Positions 12,250 through 25,731 are shown, counted from the whole stretch's first letter. The stretch is 63,561 bases of DNA, filler included, from Octopus bimaculoides (GCF_001194135.2; 9 parts of 7 records of this genome joined end to end with filler, not necessarily neighbours in it), one strand, 5' to 3'. The notes: generated by a model not told the origin, from the letters alone. A program made the numbers and translations.

Positions 12250-12560
12250 TTTCTGGGAGCTCGGACCAGCTGTACTTCAACACGACTCAACACCTTCTCA
12301 CAAAGCCTACGTAACCCAAAAATGGATGTCAGACGCTATTTACGATCGACCTCCAAACTTGCCAGATTTAAATCTCAGAGACCACTACTCTAACAATGTT
12401 GTTGAAAGAGAGACTAATCGACATGTTCACAATACCATTGCTTCACTGATGTTCGCTATTGTAGTAATGTCCAAAATGAATAAGGATCGTTCAGTGCAAG
12501 TTTACCAAAGCAGAAAATTTTCCTATCATGGCGTTTTGTCCAAAACATCTCCCAAAAGAA
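12250..12560 (+). pseudogene. Tc1/mariner (maT/rosa-like) transposase C-terminal remnant
   Basis: LQHDSTPSHKAYVTQKW..PPNLPDLN..VVERETNRHVHNT, homologous to 30900-31220. Confidence 0.7.
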
Positions 12561-12604
12561 AACTAATAATTAATGTCTGAAAGATAAACCAAGTAAATTT
12601 TTCG

Positions 12605-13330
12605 TGCTTGACTCGATGATTAGAGTGTTGCATTCACGATTGTCATATCGTGGATTCGATTCCCGGACCGGGCTGCATTTTGTGTTCTTGAACAAAACAA
12701 TTCATTTAACGTTGCTCTAGTACTGTGTGGTGGTGGAGGCGCAATGGCCCAGTGGTTAGGGCAGCGGACTCGCGGTCATAGGATCGCGGTTTCAATTCCC
12801 AGACCGGGTGTTGTGAGTGTTTATTGAGCAAAAACACCTAAAGCTCCACGAGGCTCCGGCAGGGGATGGTGGCGAACCCTGCTGTACTCCTCCACCACAG
12901 CTTTCTCTCACTCTTACTTCCTGTTTCTGTTGTGCTTGTAATTCAAAGGGTCAGCCTTGTCACACTGTGTCACGCTGAATATCCCCGAGAACTACGTTAA
13001 GGGTACACGTGTCTGTGGAGTGATCAGCCACTTGCACGTTAATTTCACGAGCAGGCTGTTCCGTTGATCGGATCAACTGGAACCCTCGACGTCGTAAGCG
13101 ACGGAGTGCCAACAACAACAGTACTGTGTGGCGACCAGCATATCAAAGAATAGACCCATCGTTTCTTCTACGTGTCGTAAAAGACGACTAAAAGAAATAT
13201 ATGTAGGATTTGCACTCCGATCTCGTAAAGCCATCTCCAGCAACGACTATCCAAATAGACCCACGGGTTGAAGGATTGTCGCCTGGGTGGTACAGGGGCG
13301 TCATCCGCCAGAAATAGTAAGGAATCACCA
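12605..13330 (+). mobile_element. older CORE-like SINE interrupted by a family A SINE
   Basis: Head GGATTCGATTCCCGGACCGGG and TGTGTTCTTGAACAAAACA at 12650-12718; resumes at 13132 with GTGTCGTAAAAGACGACTAAAA. Confidence 0.5.
12731..13119 (+). mobile_element. SINE family A, full length, nested
   Basis: 12-bp TSD AGTACTGTGTGG at 12719-12730 and 13120-13131. Confidence 0.93.
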
Positions 13331-14011
13331 ACACGTGTTGCAGCGACGCGCTGTTACAGCGCATGCCTCCCCCCTATACTGCTACTATCCACCCAGAGCT
13401 TGACAACTATCTCCAGCACCGCGACGTACTAATTTTAATACGCTGTGGAAAGATGTGAGGCGGGATAACATGGCCTTCGTTACTCTCCACTCCCAAAACC
13501 TTCACAATTGCTGGTACCTTAGTGTGCATCACTTTTAAGACATCAAAAGGATCTGCACATAACTATCTGTCATTTTTCGTGTTAGCCATTTGGACCTGGT
13601 CGAAAATTTTCCCATCAGAGAACCAAAGCACAGCATATTCGTGAGAGATTTTATCTTTCTTAAGTAATCATTTGGCAAGAATCAAGCGGTTTTCTTGTGT
13701 CATGAATTGTCATCCCAACGGCAGTCGACCATTCATACACACGTGCACACAAATGTACACGTACATAAGTGATACACTTACAGATACCATCAGTATCTCA
13801 CTCACTCAGTATTTCACACTAAGTAGAGTTTATTTAAAAGAATAATAATAAATAAATCATATTTCGTATGTGTATTTCGTGTGGAAGATTCTTGATGTGG
13901 ATACGTGTGTTGAAAGAAATACAATTAAACCTTGGGAGAGGCATTATGCCGGTAATAAACACACGCACTGGTTCAGTTCTTTATTAATTTATAAATAGTA
14001 TTTAGTTTTTT

Positions 14012-14052
14012 GTCAAATCATTTCATTGCACTCTTGCAATCTCTTCAGTAAC
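14012..14052 (-). ncRNA. minimal type-I HHR motif
   Basis: Minus strand: GTTA CTGAAGA G ATTGCA agag TGCAAT GAAA TGAT T TGAC. Confidence 0.55.
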
Positions 14053-14108
14053 TTGTCTCTCCACTTCCATTTATTTATTATTCAAAATAAATGGAAATGG
14101 AGAGACAA

Positions 14109-14149
14109 GTTACTGAAGAGATTGCAAAAGTGCAATGAAATGATTTAAC
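14109..14149 (+). ncRNA. minimal type-I HHR motif
   Basis: GTTA CTGAAGA G ATTGCA aaag TGCAAT GAAA TGAT T TAAC; stem I GTTA/TAAC, 6-bp stem II. Confidence 0.6.
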
Positions 14150-15208
14150 AAAAAACTAAATATTGTTTATAAATTAATAAAGAACTGAACCAGTGCGTGT
14201 GTTTATTACCGGCATAATGCCTCTCCCAAAGTTTAATTGTAATAAATAAATCTATACACACATTTAAAAGAAAAGTTTTGGGACACATACACACAGGTTT
14301 AAGTATACTCATTCATACATCTTTCAATCAACCCATTCATATTCTCAAGCTTATTGATTATGCAAGCATAAATAAATGCAGAAAGGATAGCTAAATTACT
14401 ACGGCATCCAGAAGGTAGCTGTTTTCATGATCCTGGTCCTTAAATGTTGAAGTCCGTTTAAGTCTTGATATTTTTCCCAGGTAGAAACTTCCAAAAAGAT
14501 TTCAGGTGGGAATCTTCATAGATCATACGAGAATTTTCGAGGATGTACTCAACGTATACATGCTATAATTCTGGACAGAATATCAAAATATTAAGAATTT
14601 TATGCGAAATTTGTTCAGTCGTATCTCCAGAAAGTTTTCCAAATCTATGCTGACATCTCGTAAGTTCAAAGTGTCTCTTAATTAATTTTTCCTTAGGTAA
14701 CAAATGTACATTGTCTCTTCTTCTTGACTTCTAAATAGATAAAATCTAAGATGCTAAACGTCCAGACATCTGTCTACCTAACTATTCAACGAAAGATCTC
14801 TGAAAGAATCATAAAAATTTAACATCTATTTAATGAGATCAACCACTATAAAATCATGTTCTTGATATCAGCGCGGTAATTCATTATCAGGCCCGAACAA
14901 AAAGAAATATTTTTCTTGTCTAATTATATTCTCGCCACTAATTTGTTTGTATTATGTAAACGTGTTCATGCAAACAAGCCCATATTCAGAGTACTTTAAG
15001 TGAATTTCAGGAGATTAGATTGGACGAAATTCTGAAGAATCTTATTCAACGTGTGTTGACGTGAATGACACAAGGAAAGTAAATACTAGTTGTATGTATT
15101 ATTCTGTAACGTTGCAAGATTGACTGTTTAAAGTAAGATGAAACATTTGTATATTGAAGTAATAACATGATTTGCTTAATCCATTTTTTTTTATTTGTCA
15201 GTGTGTAT

Positions 15209-15268
<60 letters not shown>

Positions 15269-16202
15269 NNNNNNNNNNNNNNNNNNNNNNNNNNNNNNNN
15301 NNNNNNNNNNNNNNNNNNNNNNNNNNNNNNNNNNNNNNNNNNNNNNNNNNNNNNNNNNNNNNNNNNNNNNNNNNNNNNNNNNNNNNNNNNNNNNNNNNNN
15401 NNNNNNNNNNNNNNNNNNNNNNNNNNNNNNNNNNNNNNNNNNNNNNNNNNNNNNNNNNNNNNNNNNNNNNNNNNNNNNNNNNNNNNNNNNNNNNNNNNNN
15501 NNNNNNNNNNNNNNNNNNNNNNNNNNNNNNNNNNNNNNNNNNNNNNNNNNNNNNNNNNTATATATATATATATATATATATGCATAAGCTAGTGAGTGTC
15601 CCTATCTGTGTTTATGTTTAGACCAGTCTACAAACAGCTTCGCTTATGTCCCATAAAGTAACGGTTCGCCAAATTATTATCGATAAAATAAGTAACAGAA
15701 TGGAATAAGTAGAGGTAATTCTTTCATTAATAGCTATTTGTCGAATAGAAGATTGACTCACCTCGGTTTTATTGGTCTTCAATAGTAATTAGATAGCACG
15801 TGGTTTGTGAAATACAACATGCACATTTCAAACAGTAAAAATATACATGTTTGGCTATACTATACAAGATAAACAGATTAATGTACATAAATGTTGTCAA
15901 ACTGTACATATATATTTTCTTGTTTTACAAATAATTTGTGTTGTAGAAATTGTTGGTATATATTTTTTGTTTATACGGTCAATGTACACAAACAGATAAC
16001 GACCAACAATAGAGAGAAAGAAAATCGAATAACGTACTTGTTTTTAAGTGGGTGGAAATAGCAATCGACAAATGATATCTCGATTAATTTAATGTAATTG
16101 AAAACATCTGGTTTTGTTCTACCGAAACAATACCAAAGGAGGGCTAATCACTTGCTAATAAAGACAGACAGACAGACAGACAGACAGTCAGGCAAACAAA
16201 TG

Positions 16203-16256
<54 letters not shown>

Positions 16257-16379
16257 GACGGGGAGAGACCATTTCTTCAAGGTTGCCAAACGATAATCGT
16301 TAGAAAAAGAAATAGAAAATAGTTTAACTTCTGCTTAAATAACCAGATTACAGGTCTCTGATTGACTCAAAAGAGTCTT

Positions 16380-16465
16380 TACTGGGGTCGATTTGCTCGA
16401 TTAAAGGCGGTGCTCCAGCATGGCCACAGTCAAATGACTGAAACAAGTAAGAGAGTAAAGAGAGT
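16380..16465 (+). mobile_element. 3' end of OR-like CORE-SINE
   Basis: CTGGGGTCGATTTGCTCGATTAAAGGCGGTGCTCCAGCATGGCCACAGTCAAATGACTGAAACAAGTAAGAG. Confidence 0.8.
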
Positions 16466-16479
16466 ATAAAATAATATCA

Positions 16480-17170
16480 ATAATGTCAATGAATACAAAA
16501 AATACGAAGGAGAAAAAATAATTAAGGAACAATCACACAAAGAAATACCCGGTGAATACTTTAAACACCTGAATGAGGAAGCAGTATCCAAAAGAGACTC
16601 ATTGAAATTTATAAAACAAAGCAAATACTTAATGATAGATAAAAATATTATACAGTATTTACAAGAGAGAACAACTACTAGGCATGCAGATATTGTAAAA
16701 AAAAAAAAACAAAGGAAATATCGAACATACGGGAAAATGCGGAAAAACAGCATACACGAAATATAAAGAGACACGATGAGATAACCAAAATAATCTTTGC
16801 GAAATTACTACAGCAATATAACATATCAGAAAAAAAAACAGAAAATCAGAAACGTGCAAATAGAAGGTTAAGTGAAAAGGTTAAGATTTTAGTAGATAGC
16901 CCAATAGTAAAGGTTAAGTGAAAAAGTTAAGATTTTGGTAGATAGCCCAGCAATAACACCAAGCCATATAGAAAACAATGAACCCGATATTACAATATTT
17001 GACCACGAAAGAAACGAAACAATAAAAATCGAAATTGGAGTAACATCGAAGTCGAAATGACAAAAATACAAAAGTATTATAGGCTTGTTAAAGTAATTAA
17101 ACAAATGAAAGGATATAAGGTTAAAATAATACCATTTATAATGACTTTGGACGGAATGGTCTCAAAGAGG
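16480..17170 (+). pseudogene. AT-rich REL-endonuclease retrotransposon remnant (R4/Dong/CRE-like)
   Basis: Translated pieces KRHDEITKIIF, NNEPDITIFDHERNETIKIEIGVT, YKVKIIPFIMTLDGMVSK match the RHD..PD..E REL pattern. Confidence 0.7.
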
Positions 17171-17189
17171 AAAAAGAAAGACGAAATGT

Positions 17190-18290
17190 ACATTTGGTGC
17201 AGTGTAGTCAACAGGAACAGTGCCTAAGATGGGAGGAATATGTGGTCAGAACTTTGGGCTTGGGAACTAGCAAGAACATCCTTCCTGGTCAAGTCCACCT
17301 TCGACGTTTTGCTGCCACCGCCAACTTAGTCCGGTGGAACATACAAACGGCTGATGAATATAAGTGCAGAGAGAAAGCCACGATGAGACATGTCTTGTCA
17401 AACTGCAGGCTGGCATTGGACAGATATACATGGCGTCACCAAGTCTTCGGTGTTATAAGCACAGCACTCAAGGAGAAAATCGAGGAGTACAAGAGGGAAG
17501 AGTACTCGAAAGTGGAAAAGCGCGGACTAATATACTTCCAGAAGGAGGGGAAATAACATAAGACTAGGTTCAGAAAAGTATACGAGACAGACGAAAGATG
17601 GAACGGATACTGGGAGCTGGCCGCGGATTTGGAAAGACAAGTAATATTCCCATTCATAGTAACAACAAAAAGACCGAATTTAATCTTTTAGAATACAGAA
17701 CGGAAGATTGGCATTTTGATAGAGCTGACAGTGCCGTGGGAAGAGAGCATCGCTAATGCAGAGCGACAGAAGGAGAGGAAGTATGAGAGATTAATAGAAG
17801 AGTGCAGGGAACAGGACTGAGCTGTCGAGTATTACCACTTGGCAGTGGGGGCGCGAGGCTTCATTGAAAGGAAAATGGCGACGCTATTTAAAAGAAGATT
17901 TGGATTTTCGAATGCGGAGCTGAGAAAACTAATAAGGAGGATACACGAGGCAGTCGAAAAGGTTAGCTTCTATATATGACTGAAACGAGAAGACTCGAAA
18001 TAGCTCGAAAGCCATAACATGCCAACTGAGAAATAGCGTCGCCAGGTGAGGCTGGCTGACGCTTAAACAGCGTTGCTACTTGACAGGTCAGCCGAGGGAA
18101 CACACCTCCTTCATTGCATGCCTCCCTCCGCGATGGTTCAAAGGTTTAACAACAAGTTGGCTTTGGTTGAGGGAGCTGAAATCAAAACAACTCTATTGGA
18201 AGGTAGGCCTAGAGAGCATGGGCCAAAATTACGAACCCTTCTCCTCTATAGGTCAGTTGAAGCTTAAGTTGTGTCACGTGACAGTTAACT
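17190..18290 (+). pseudogene. Hero-like REL non-LTR retrotransposon, 3' part and 3' UTR
   Basis: ATMRHVLSNCRLALDRYTWRH, ILIELTVPWEE, AVGARGF motifs; several stops. Confidence 0.85.
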
Positions 18291-19652
18291 AGCTATAGCG
18301 GCTAGAGCCTACCGGCGAGTATTTAAACAGGAAATCTGACAGAATTGTCAGTCGCCTGCTGACAGTCGTGGACGCTGCATCAAAGAATCGAAAAGAAAAA
18401 TAAGGAAAAAGAAAACGACGCGCATTCAACACCAGAGCTGAAGACACCTCCGAGGAATTAACTCTGATTCTCTCGACTATGGCTGCCACATTTATCATAC
18501 CCGAGAACAGACGAAAGCTTTGCGATGAAGAGAATTATATATACGAAAAGCATGGAAACAACAGTAAAAAAACCAAGACATATCGGCGTTGTGAGCGGTT
18601 TTATAAAGGTTGCCGAGCTAGACTGCATACAACTTATAAAAGCAGTGAACCAGGCGTAATATTTTCATCGGGCTCCCATAATCACTCTGCAATCAGTGCA
18701 CAAGTTAATGTCCGAAAAGCAGTTGACTCAATGAAGTAATGAAAACGGGCACAGTATATTCACAAGAAATAATTACTACTGCTGTCGAAAATCTCGATGA
18801 GAAAACAAAATAACAGTGCAAACCATCCTTGGACTTTCACATAACATACGTGATTGGAGGCAGCGTGCTTTAGGGATACCAGCTTGTAGGTCAGGGTTTG
18901 AAATTCCTGATACAGTTAAGTATTTAGAAGATAGGTCCCTATTTTTTGGTCTTTGACAGTGGCATTGATGACCCAGACAGAATTTTTGTTTTTTTTTTTC
19001 CTCAAAAAAAAAGGCTTGGATGATCTAGAAAGCTCTAACAATTGGGTCTGTGATGGAACTTTCAAGATATCTTCTAGTTTGTGGAGTCAGTTAGTGAGAC
19101 TACATATCACCACAGGAAGTTCGTGTGTACCCCGACTATTTCAATTACTTCCTGACAAAAAAAAAGCCTCTTGCGTGATTTAAGACCAAATTGTCAACCT
19201 GTAACCTGTCTCATGTTCTTTGAAAAAGCTCTCCAATGCAATTGTTTCTCTATTTCTATATTCAGAAGTAGTTGGGTGTGTTTTTCACCTCGGACAGTCT
19301 TGTTGGCGAAAGATATGTGCACTTAGTGAGAGTATGAGATACAACACAGATGAAAGTTTTCAGCTTAAAATTAAGTGCTTTTGTGCTTTTAGCATTTTTG
19401 CCAATTGAAGCCGTTGTCAATGTAATTGAAGATTTGTCTGACGATGAAGACATCCCTTCTGAGTTTATCACCTATTTTGAGATTACATACATTGGGATTG
19501 TAAGGGGGTCATCAACCTCGTCGACGAAGAGAAACTCCATATTTTCCTATAGAACTCTAGAATGTACGTGATCGCGTCTTAAAGGACTTGCCAAGATCAA
19601 ATAATTCTTGAGAAGGGTTCCACAATGCTTTGCGCTCATCACTAACATCCAN
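18290..19652 (+). pseudogene. Mutator-like (MULE) transposon: FLYWCH-type zinc finger and transposase, decayed, runs into a gap
   Basis: YIYEK..YRRC..CRARLH..HNH (18479-18739); NWVCDGTFK..SQLVRLH; GCVFHLGQSCWRK; RSNNS..GFHNA. Confidence 0.9.
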
Positions 19653-20655
19653 NNNNNNNNNNNNNNNNNNNNNNNNNNNNNNNNNNNNNNNNNNNNNNNN
19701 NNNNNNNNNNNNNNNNNNNNNNNNNNNNNNNNNNNNNNNNNNNNNNNNNNNNNNNNNNNNNNNNNNNNNNNNNNNNNNNNNNNNNNNNNNNNNNNNNNNN
19801 NNNNNNNNNNNNNNNNNNNNNNNNNNNNNNNNNNNNNNNNNNNNNNNNNNNNNNNNNNNNNNNNNNNNNNNNNNNNNNNNNNNNNNNNNNNNNNNNNNNN
19901 NNNNNNNNNNNNNNNNNNNNNNNNNNNNNNNNNNNNNNNNNNNNNNNNNNNNNNNNNNNNNNNNNNNNNNNNNNNNNNNNNNNNNNNNNNNNNNNNNNNN
20001 NNNNNNNNNNNNNNNNNNNNNNNNNNNNNNNNNNNNNNNNNNNNNNNNNNNNNNNNNNNNNNNNNNNNNNNNNNNNNNNNNNNNNNNNNNNNNNNNNNNN
20101 NNNNNNNNNNNNNNNNNNNNNNNNNNNNNNNNNNNNNNNNNNNNNNNNNNNNNNNNNNNNNNNNNNNNNTATATATATATATATATATATATATATCAGC
20201 TAAATCGTATTTTAAATTATTTGTACATTATATTCAAGACAGTGCAAGGGCATACAAATATGTGTTCGTGTATGGACATGAGTACACATGTACGTGAAAA
20301 TTCATCCAAATATGTCGTTATATGTATACACATGTCTGTTTGTGTGTGTATATATATAAATGTGTATGTATGACTATATGCACGCGATTGACTGGAATCC
20401 CAGAAATGATTATCCCGTACATAAAACAATCGGAAGTCAACCAGATGTACTGCTATACTTGTTGAAACTGACAATGAAAGAGTATGTTTTATCAGCCAGC
20501 ACCGTCTGAAGAAAATGTACGAGGATAAGGACACGGAACACCGAAGAGTGGATTGCTGTAAGCTGGAACTGAAACCTTACATATTGAATATATACTCTAC
20601 TTTGCACAGAGAAATAGATAGATAGAGAGGTAGATAAATAGATAGATACATAGGC

Positions 20656-20709
<54 letters not shown>

Positions 20710-21016
20710 TCACGTACACACATACGCACACATATATAAATATATATTCATATATTTACACACACACACGCACACATATATTCATATTTTTTACAAACAC
20801 ACACACATACACACACATATATATACACATACATATATACATAACTTGGAAGGCACCTATGTCTATACGTATTGATTAAAATTCCTAAAATTCCTAAATT
20901 CAAAGGGCTCAAGAAACATATTAAATTGATGCATACTCAAACACACATAATGATACACGGAAGATATGCACATATAGATTTATATCATTTCCTATATCTC
21001 TCCCACTCCATATATA

Positions 21017-21056
<40 letters not shown>

Positions 21057-21136
21057 GTGTGTGTGTGCATGTATGTATGTATGGTTGTATGTATGTTTGT
21101 ATGTATGTACTTTCACAAGTAGGGTAGTGATTATGA

Positions 21137-21178
21137 TTTCGACGTTTCGGCCTACTAACCTTCATCAGACTGTCGAAA
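21137..21178 (-). ncRNA. isolated minimal HHR core
   Basis: Minus strand: CTGATGA A GGT tagtag GCC GAAAC GTC; flanked by TTTCGAC/GTCGAAA; no clean adjacent stem I. Confidence 0.5.
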
Positions 21179-21321
21179 CTTCGAAGTCAGTGTCACCACA
21201 CTTCTTGTAGAAGTATAATAAATATGTACTCTACAAAAATATTGTGTAAAATTGTTTTTATCATTACACAACATAAAAACAAACATCAATATGCATGCAT
21301 ATATATGTATATATATTTGCG

Positions 21322-21387
<66 letters not shown>

Positions 21388-21411
21388 CATACATACATAC
21401 ATACATACATG

Positions 21412-21443
<32 letters not shown>

Positions 21444-21927
21444 CATGCATACGTGTGCCCACACACAAATACATATAAGAATTTAGAGAGAATGAGCGTG
21501 TACTGTGTGTTAGTTAGAAAGGGGGGATAGAAAGAAGATCGAGGGAAAGGAAGGGAGAGAATTATGAGACACTGAAGAAAAGCAGTACAAACACCATTGC
21601 ACCCGATCGTTCGCTTCTTGTGAGAGAGCAAGCTCAGCAATTTTATGCAAGTTGTATAAATAGCTAACACTGACTTACCAATGGACTATACATTGACTTA
21701 CAGGCGAACTACACTGTTGTTCGCGCAAACGCACGCGCTCTAAAAGCACATAAACACAAACATGCATACACTCATACACGTACACACATACAGACATACA
21801 GACATACGTTTACATATGCACGTGTATACTAAATGAGTGTGTGTGTATATATCAGTTTATGTATGTGTGTGTGTGTGTGTTTGTGCGTTTGTATGTGTGT
21901 ACGCTCGCATCTATTTATATGTGTCTT

Positions 21928-21977
<50 letters not shown>

Positions 21978-22206
21978 GTATTAGGGTTCTTTTCCCTAAT
22001 ACTATATATTTGTATTTATTTTATACTGTCAAACTTAATTTTAATTTTTAATAAATTGATTTTAATTGAGTTTTTACCTGTAATTTTGGATTTTATCCCT
22101 AATATTNNNNNNNNNNNNNNNNNNNNNNNNNNNNNNNNNNNNNNNNNNNNTTAATTAATTAANNNNNNNNNNNNNNNNNNNNNNNNNNNNNNNNNNNNNN
22201 NNNNNN

Positions 22207-22278
<72 letters not shown>

Positions 22279-23514
22279 ACAAGCTTTAGAATTTTCAGTC
22301 GATGTATATTGGCCATTCTATATATCTGTATTTTTATTCGCAAATATATTTTTCACCATCTGTGTTTTTTATACATGTATACTTTATGTGTTTAAAAGCC
22401 ATGGTAATATTTATATATGATCAAATGCTTGGAGGTATGGCGTTATATAAAAATCGTTGACTCGAATTTGATGTTTGTTCTATGATCAATGTTTTTTTTT
22501 CTCTGTCTCGATTACATTTGAGCACTTCTTTTTTGCAGTCCTATAAACCCTTCTGTTTCCATAAAAAGAGACAAAAATTATTTCTTGTCGTATACATACA
22601 TACATACATACATATATATATATATATATCTATATATATATATATATATATATNNNNNNNNNNNNNNNNNNNNNNNNNNNNNNNNNNNNNNNNNNNNNNN
22701 NNNNNNNNNNNNNNNNNNNNNNNNNNNNNNNNNNNNNNNNNNNNNNNNNNNNNNNNNNNNNNNNNNNNNNNNNNNNNNNNNNNNNNNNNNNNNNNNNNNN
22801 NNNNNNNNNNNNNNNNNNNNNNNNNNNNNNNNNNNNNNNNNNNNNNNNNNNNNNNNNNNNNNNNNNNNNNNNNNNNNNNNNNNNNNNNNNNNNNNNNNNN
22901 NNNNNNNNNNNNNNNNNNNNNNNNNNNNNNNNNNNNNNNNNNNNNNNNNNNNNNNNNNNNNNNNNNNNNNNNNNNNNNNNNNNNNNNNNNNNNNNNNNNN
23001 NNNNNNNNNNNNNNNNNNNNNNNNNNNNNNNNNNNNNNNNNNNNNNNNNNNNNNNNNNNNNNNNNNNNNNNNNNNNNNNNNNNNNNNNNNNNNNNNNNNN
23101 NNNNNNNNNNNNNNNNNNNNNNNNNNNNNNNNNNNNNNNNNNNNNNNNNNNNNNNNNNNNNNNNNNNNNNNNNNNNNNNNNNNNNNNNNNNNNNNNNNNN
23201 NNNNNNNNNNNNNNNNNNNNNNNNNNNNNNNNNNNNNNNNNNNNNNNNNNNNNNNNNNNNNNNNNNNNNNNNNNNNNNNNNNNNNNNNNNNNNNNNNNNN
23301 NNNNNNNNNNNNNNNNNNNNNNNNNNNNNNNNNNNNNNNNNNNNNNNNNNNNNNNNNNNNNNNNNNNNNNNNNNNNNNNNNNNNNNNNNNNNNNNNNNNN
23401 NNNNNNNNNNNNNNNNNNNNNNNNNNNNNNNNNNNNNNNNNNNNNNNNNNNNNNNNNNNNNNNNNNNNNNNNNNNNNNNNNNNNNNNNNNNNNNNNNNNN
23501 NNNNNNNNNNNNNN

Positions 23515-23555
<41 letters not shown>

Positions 23556-24008
23556 TAACACAAATTGCTAGCATTCGAAAAACGGTTTTATTTACCTCTG
23601 GGCTGTATCTCGGCATCTTCAAAGTGTCTATGTATGTATTCTTGTTCGTTAATTATATACTTGTTACCAATCAATATGTTCTCATAAACCTTCTCACTTC
23701 ATATCATTGCATTTAAAAGCTGAGAAAGTTCAAGTCCATGTATTTGCGTCGAATATCATTGTAAGGCCCTTGCAACATATATATTAACATATAAATGCAA
23801 ATATGTATTATGTACGTACGTACGTATGTATGTATGTATGTATGTATGTATGTATGTATGTACGTATGTATGTATGTATGTATGTATGTATGTATGTATG
23901 TATGCAACCGTCGTATTATAAATCTCAGTTGAGTGATTTCGAGACACCGCAACACATAAAATCCGTCATTTTGAATTTTACCTTTTCGTATTTTTGTTGT
24001 CGTTATTA

Positions 24009-24040
<32 letters not shown>

Positions 24041-24041
24041 G

Positions 24042-24079
<38 letters not shown>

Positions 24080-24536
24080 TACTGAATGTGGTTTTTTGTT
24101 TTCTTGTTTTTGCTTCGTTTTCTTTTTTTTATATATATATTTCTGTTAATTCTCGTTCGTGTTTTAATAAATAACAGGGAGAGTGTTCTTCGCGATTTTT
24201 TCCTGTCCGTCTTTCTGAGATCTGGCTTTGAGAATGAATGTCATCCGAGCGCACATCGGCAATGCCCTTGTCACTGCTACTGCTACTGCTGCTGCTGCTG
24301 TTGATATTTTTTGTTTCTTGTTTGTTCTTACCTGTTGTTGTTGTTGTTGTTGTTGTTGCTTTAGCCGTGTTACTGTTTTGTTATTGCTATTGTTGTTCAA
24401 CTTGTTCCTTGTGAAATAATTAAATCATTGCTCTCTGTCTTATTCATACATTTCCTCTGTCTCTCCTTTTCAGACTATCCCCTTCATCTCCACCCACCTC
24501 TCTTTACATATCTTTGCAATAATAATAATGATAATA

Positions 24537-24597
<61 letters not shown>

Positions 24598-24609
24598 CAA
24601 CAACAAAAG

Positions 24610-24998
24610 CTCGAACGGACAAGAAGTTAGAAAACAATAGACCGGATATAATCATAGATAAGGAAAGCGAAGTTGCTTAGTAATCATGCCTGTTTGATTC
24701 CAGGATCGTAAAGAAAGGGCGAAAAACAAAGAAAATACAATCCCTTAAAATTTGAAATCGGACGAATTTGGAGTATGAGAACAGAAAAGGTCGTTCCTAT
24801 AACAATTGGTGCGTTGGGAAGAGTAAGCAAAGAAGGAGATTGGAATAGAATCATACCGGCAGAGCTCCTACACAGGGACAGGAAGGGATATCAGGAGGGT
24901 TCTAAGCATTCGAAAAACTGCTGAAAACTTGTGCATACCTAAGGTTACAGGTAATAAACCCATACCCGCATAAATCCTACCAAGATTAAGACCGAATC
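24610..24998 (+). pseudogene. R4/Dong-like retrotransposon 3' fragment (REL)
   Basis: NRPDII, KFEIGRIWSM, VVPITIGALGRV; preceded by (AAT)n, followed by (ATT)n. Confidence 0.75.
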
Positions 24999-25094
24999 TT
25001 ATTATTATTATTATTATTAGCTTGACTCAGAATGGTTTCAAATTTTGGCGCAAGGCCAGCAACTTCATCTATTTAAAATACCAGCAATTATAAT

Positions 25095-25250
25095 ACTAGA
25101 GTTTGTAGGAGCGTTAAGAATGACCAAAAAAAAGGAACTGAAAACTATTTCAGAATTATCCCTGGCTTGCTATCCCTGCAAGAAGTGCAAAAGATTGTTT
25201 TAACTGATACATTATACATATTGAGAAGCGCATTATCGCTTTGAGAACGA
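25095..25250 (+). pseudogene. second R4-like 3' ORF end
   Basis: VGALRMTK..IPGLLSLQEVQKIVLTDTLYILRSALS. Confidence 0.6.
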
Positions 25251-25436
25251 TTATCATCCGTTTAAATAATTTTTTTCTACTTAACTTTATTTGATTTTGT
25301 AAATTAATAATCAACTGTATTTATTTTAATGGGTTCAGAATGTATACAGTGAGTTTCTTTGCTCTAGGTGTCGGGAAGACATTCAGCGGCAAGTGGAAAC
25401 AAAATTGAAAGAAGAAAAGCTCATAGTAATAATAAT

Positions 25437-25635
25437 CCTTTCTACTAAGTCACAAGGTGTGAAATTTTGGGGGATGAGGGGGATAGTCGATTACATAGAC
25501 CTTATTTCATCGAACCCGAAAGGGTGAAGGGCAAAGTCGATCCCGGCGGAATTTGAACTGAAAGAAACGTAAAGAAGGACGAAATGCCGCTAAGCATTAC
25601 ACCCGACGTGCTAACGATTCTACCAGCTTGTAGTC
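25437..25635 (-). mobile_element. SINE family B
   Basis: Reverse-complement match to family B; followed by an (AAT)n tract. Confidence 0.8.
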
Positions 25636-25653
25636 TTAATAATAATAATAATG

Positions 25654-25725
<72 letters not shown>

Positions 25726-25731
<6 letters not shown>

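Larger units (their letters stand above)
13920..14241. mobile_element. near-perfect ~320-bp palindrome (157-bp arms, 8-nt loop) with an HHR-like motif in each arm
   Basis: 13920-14076 is the reverse complement of 14085-14241 with few mismatches. Confidence 0.85.

Noticed and set aside
20506-20550. CTGAAGA..GGAAC
   Set aside because: Weak stem II, mutated GAAA and no stem I
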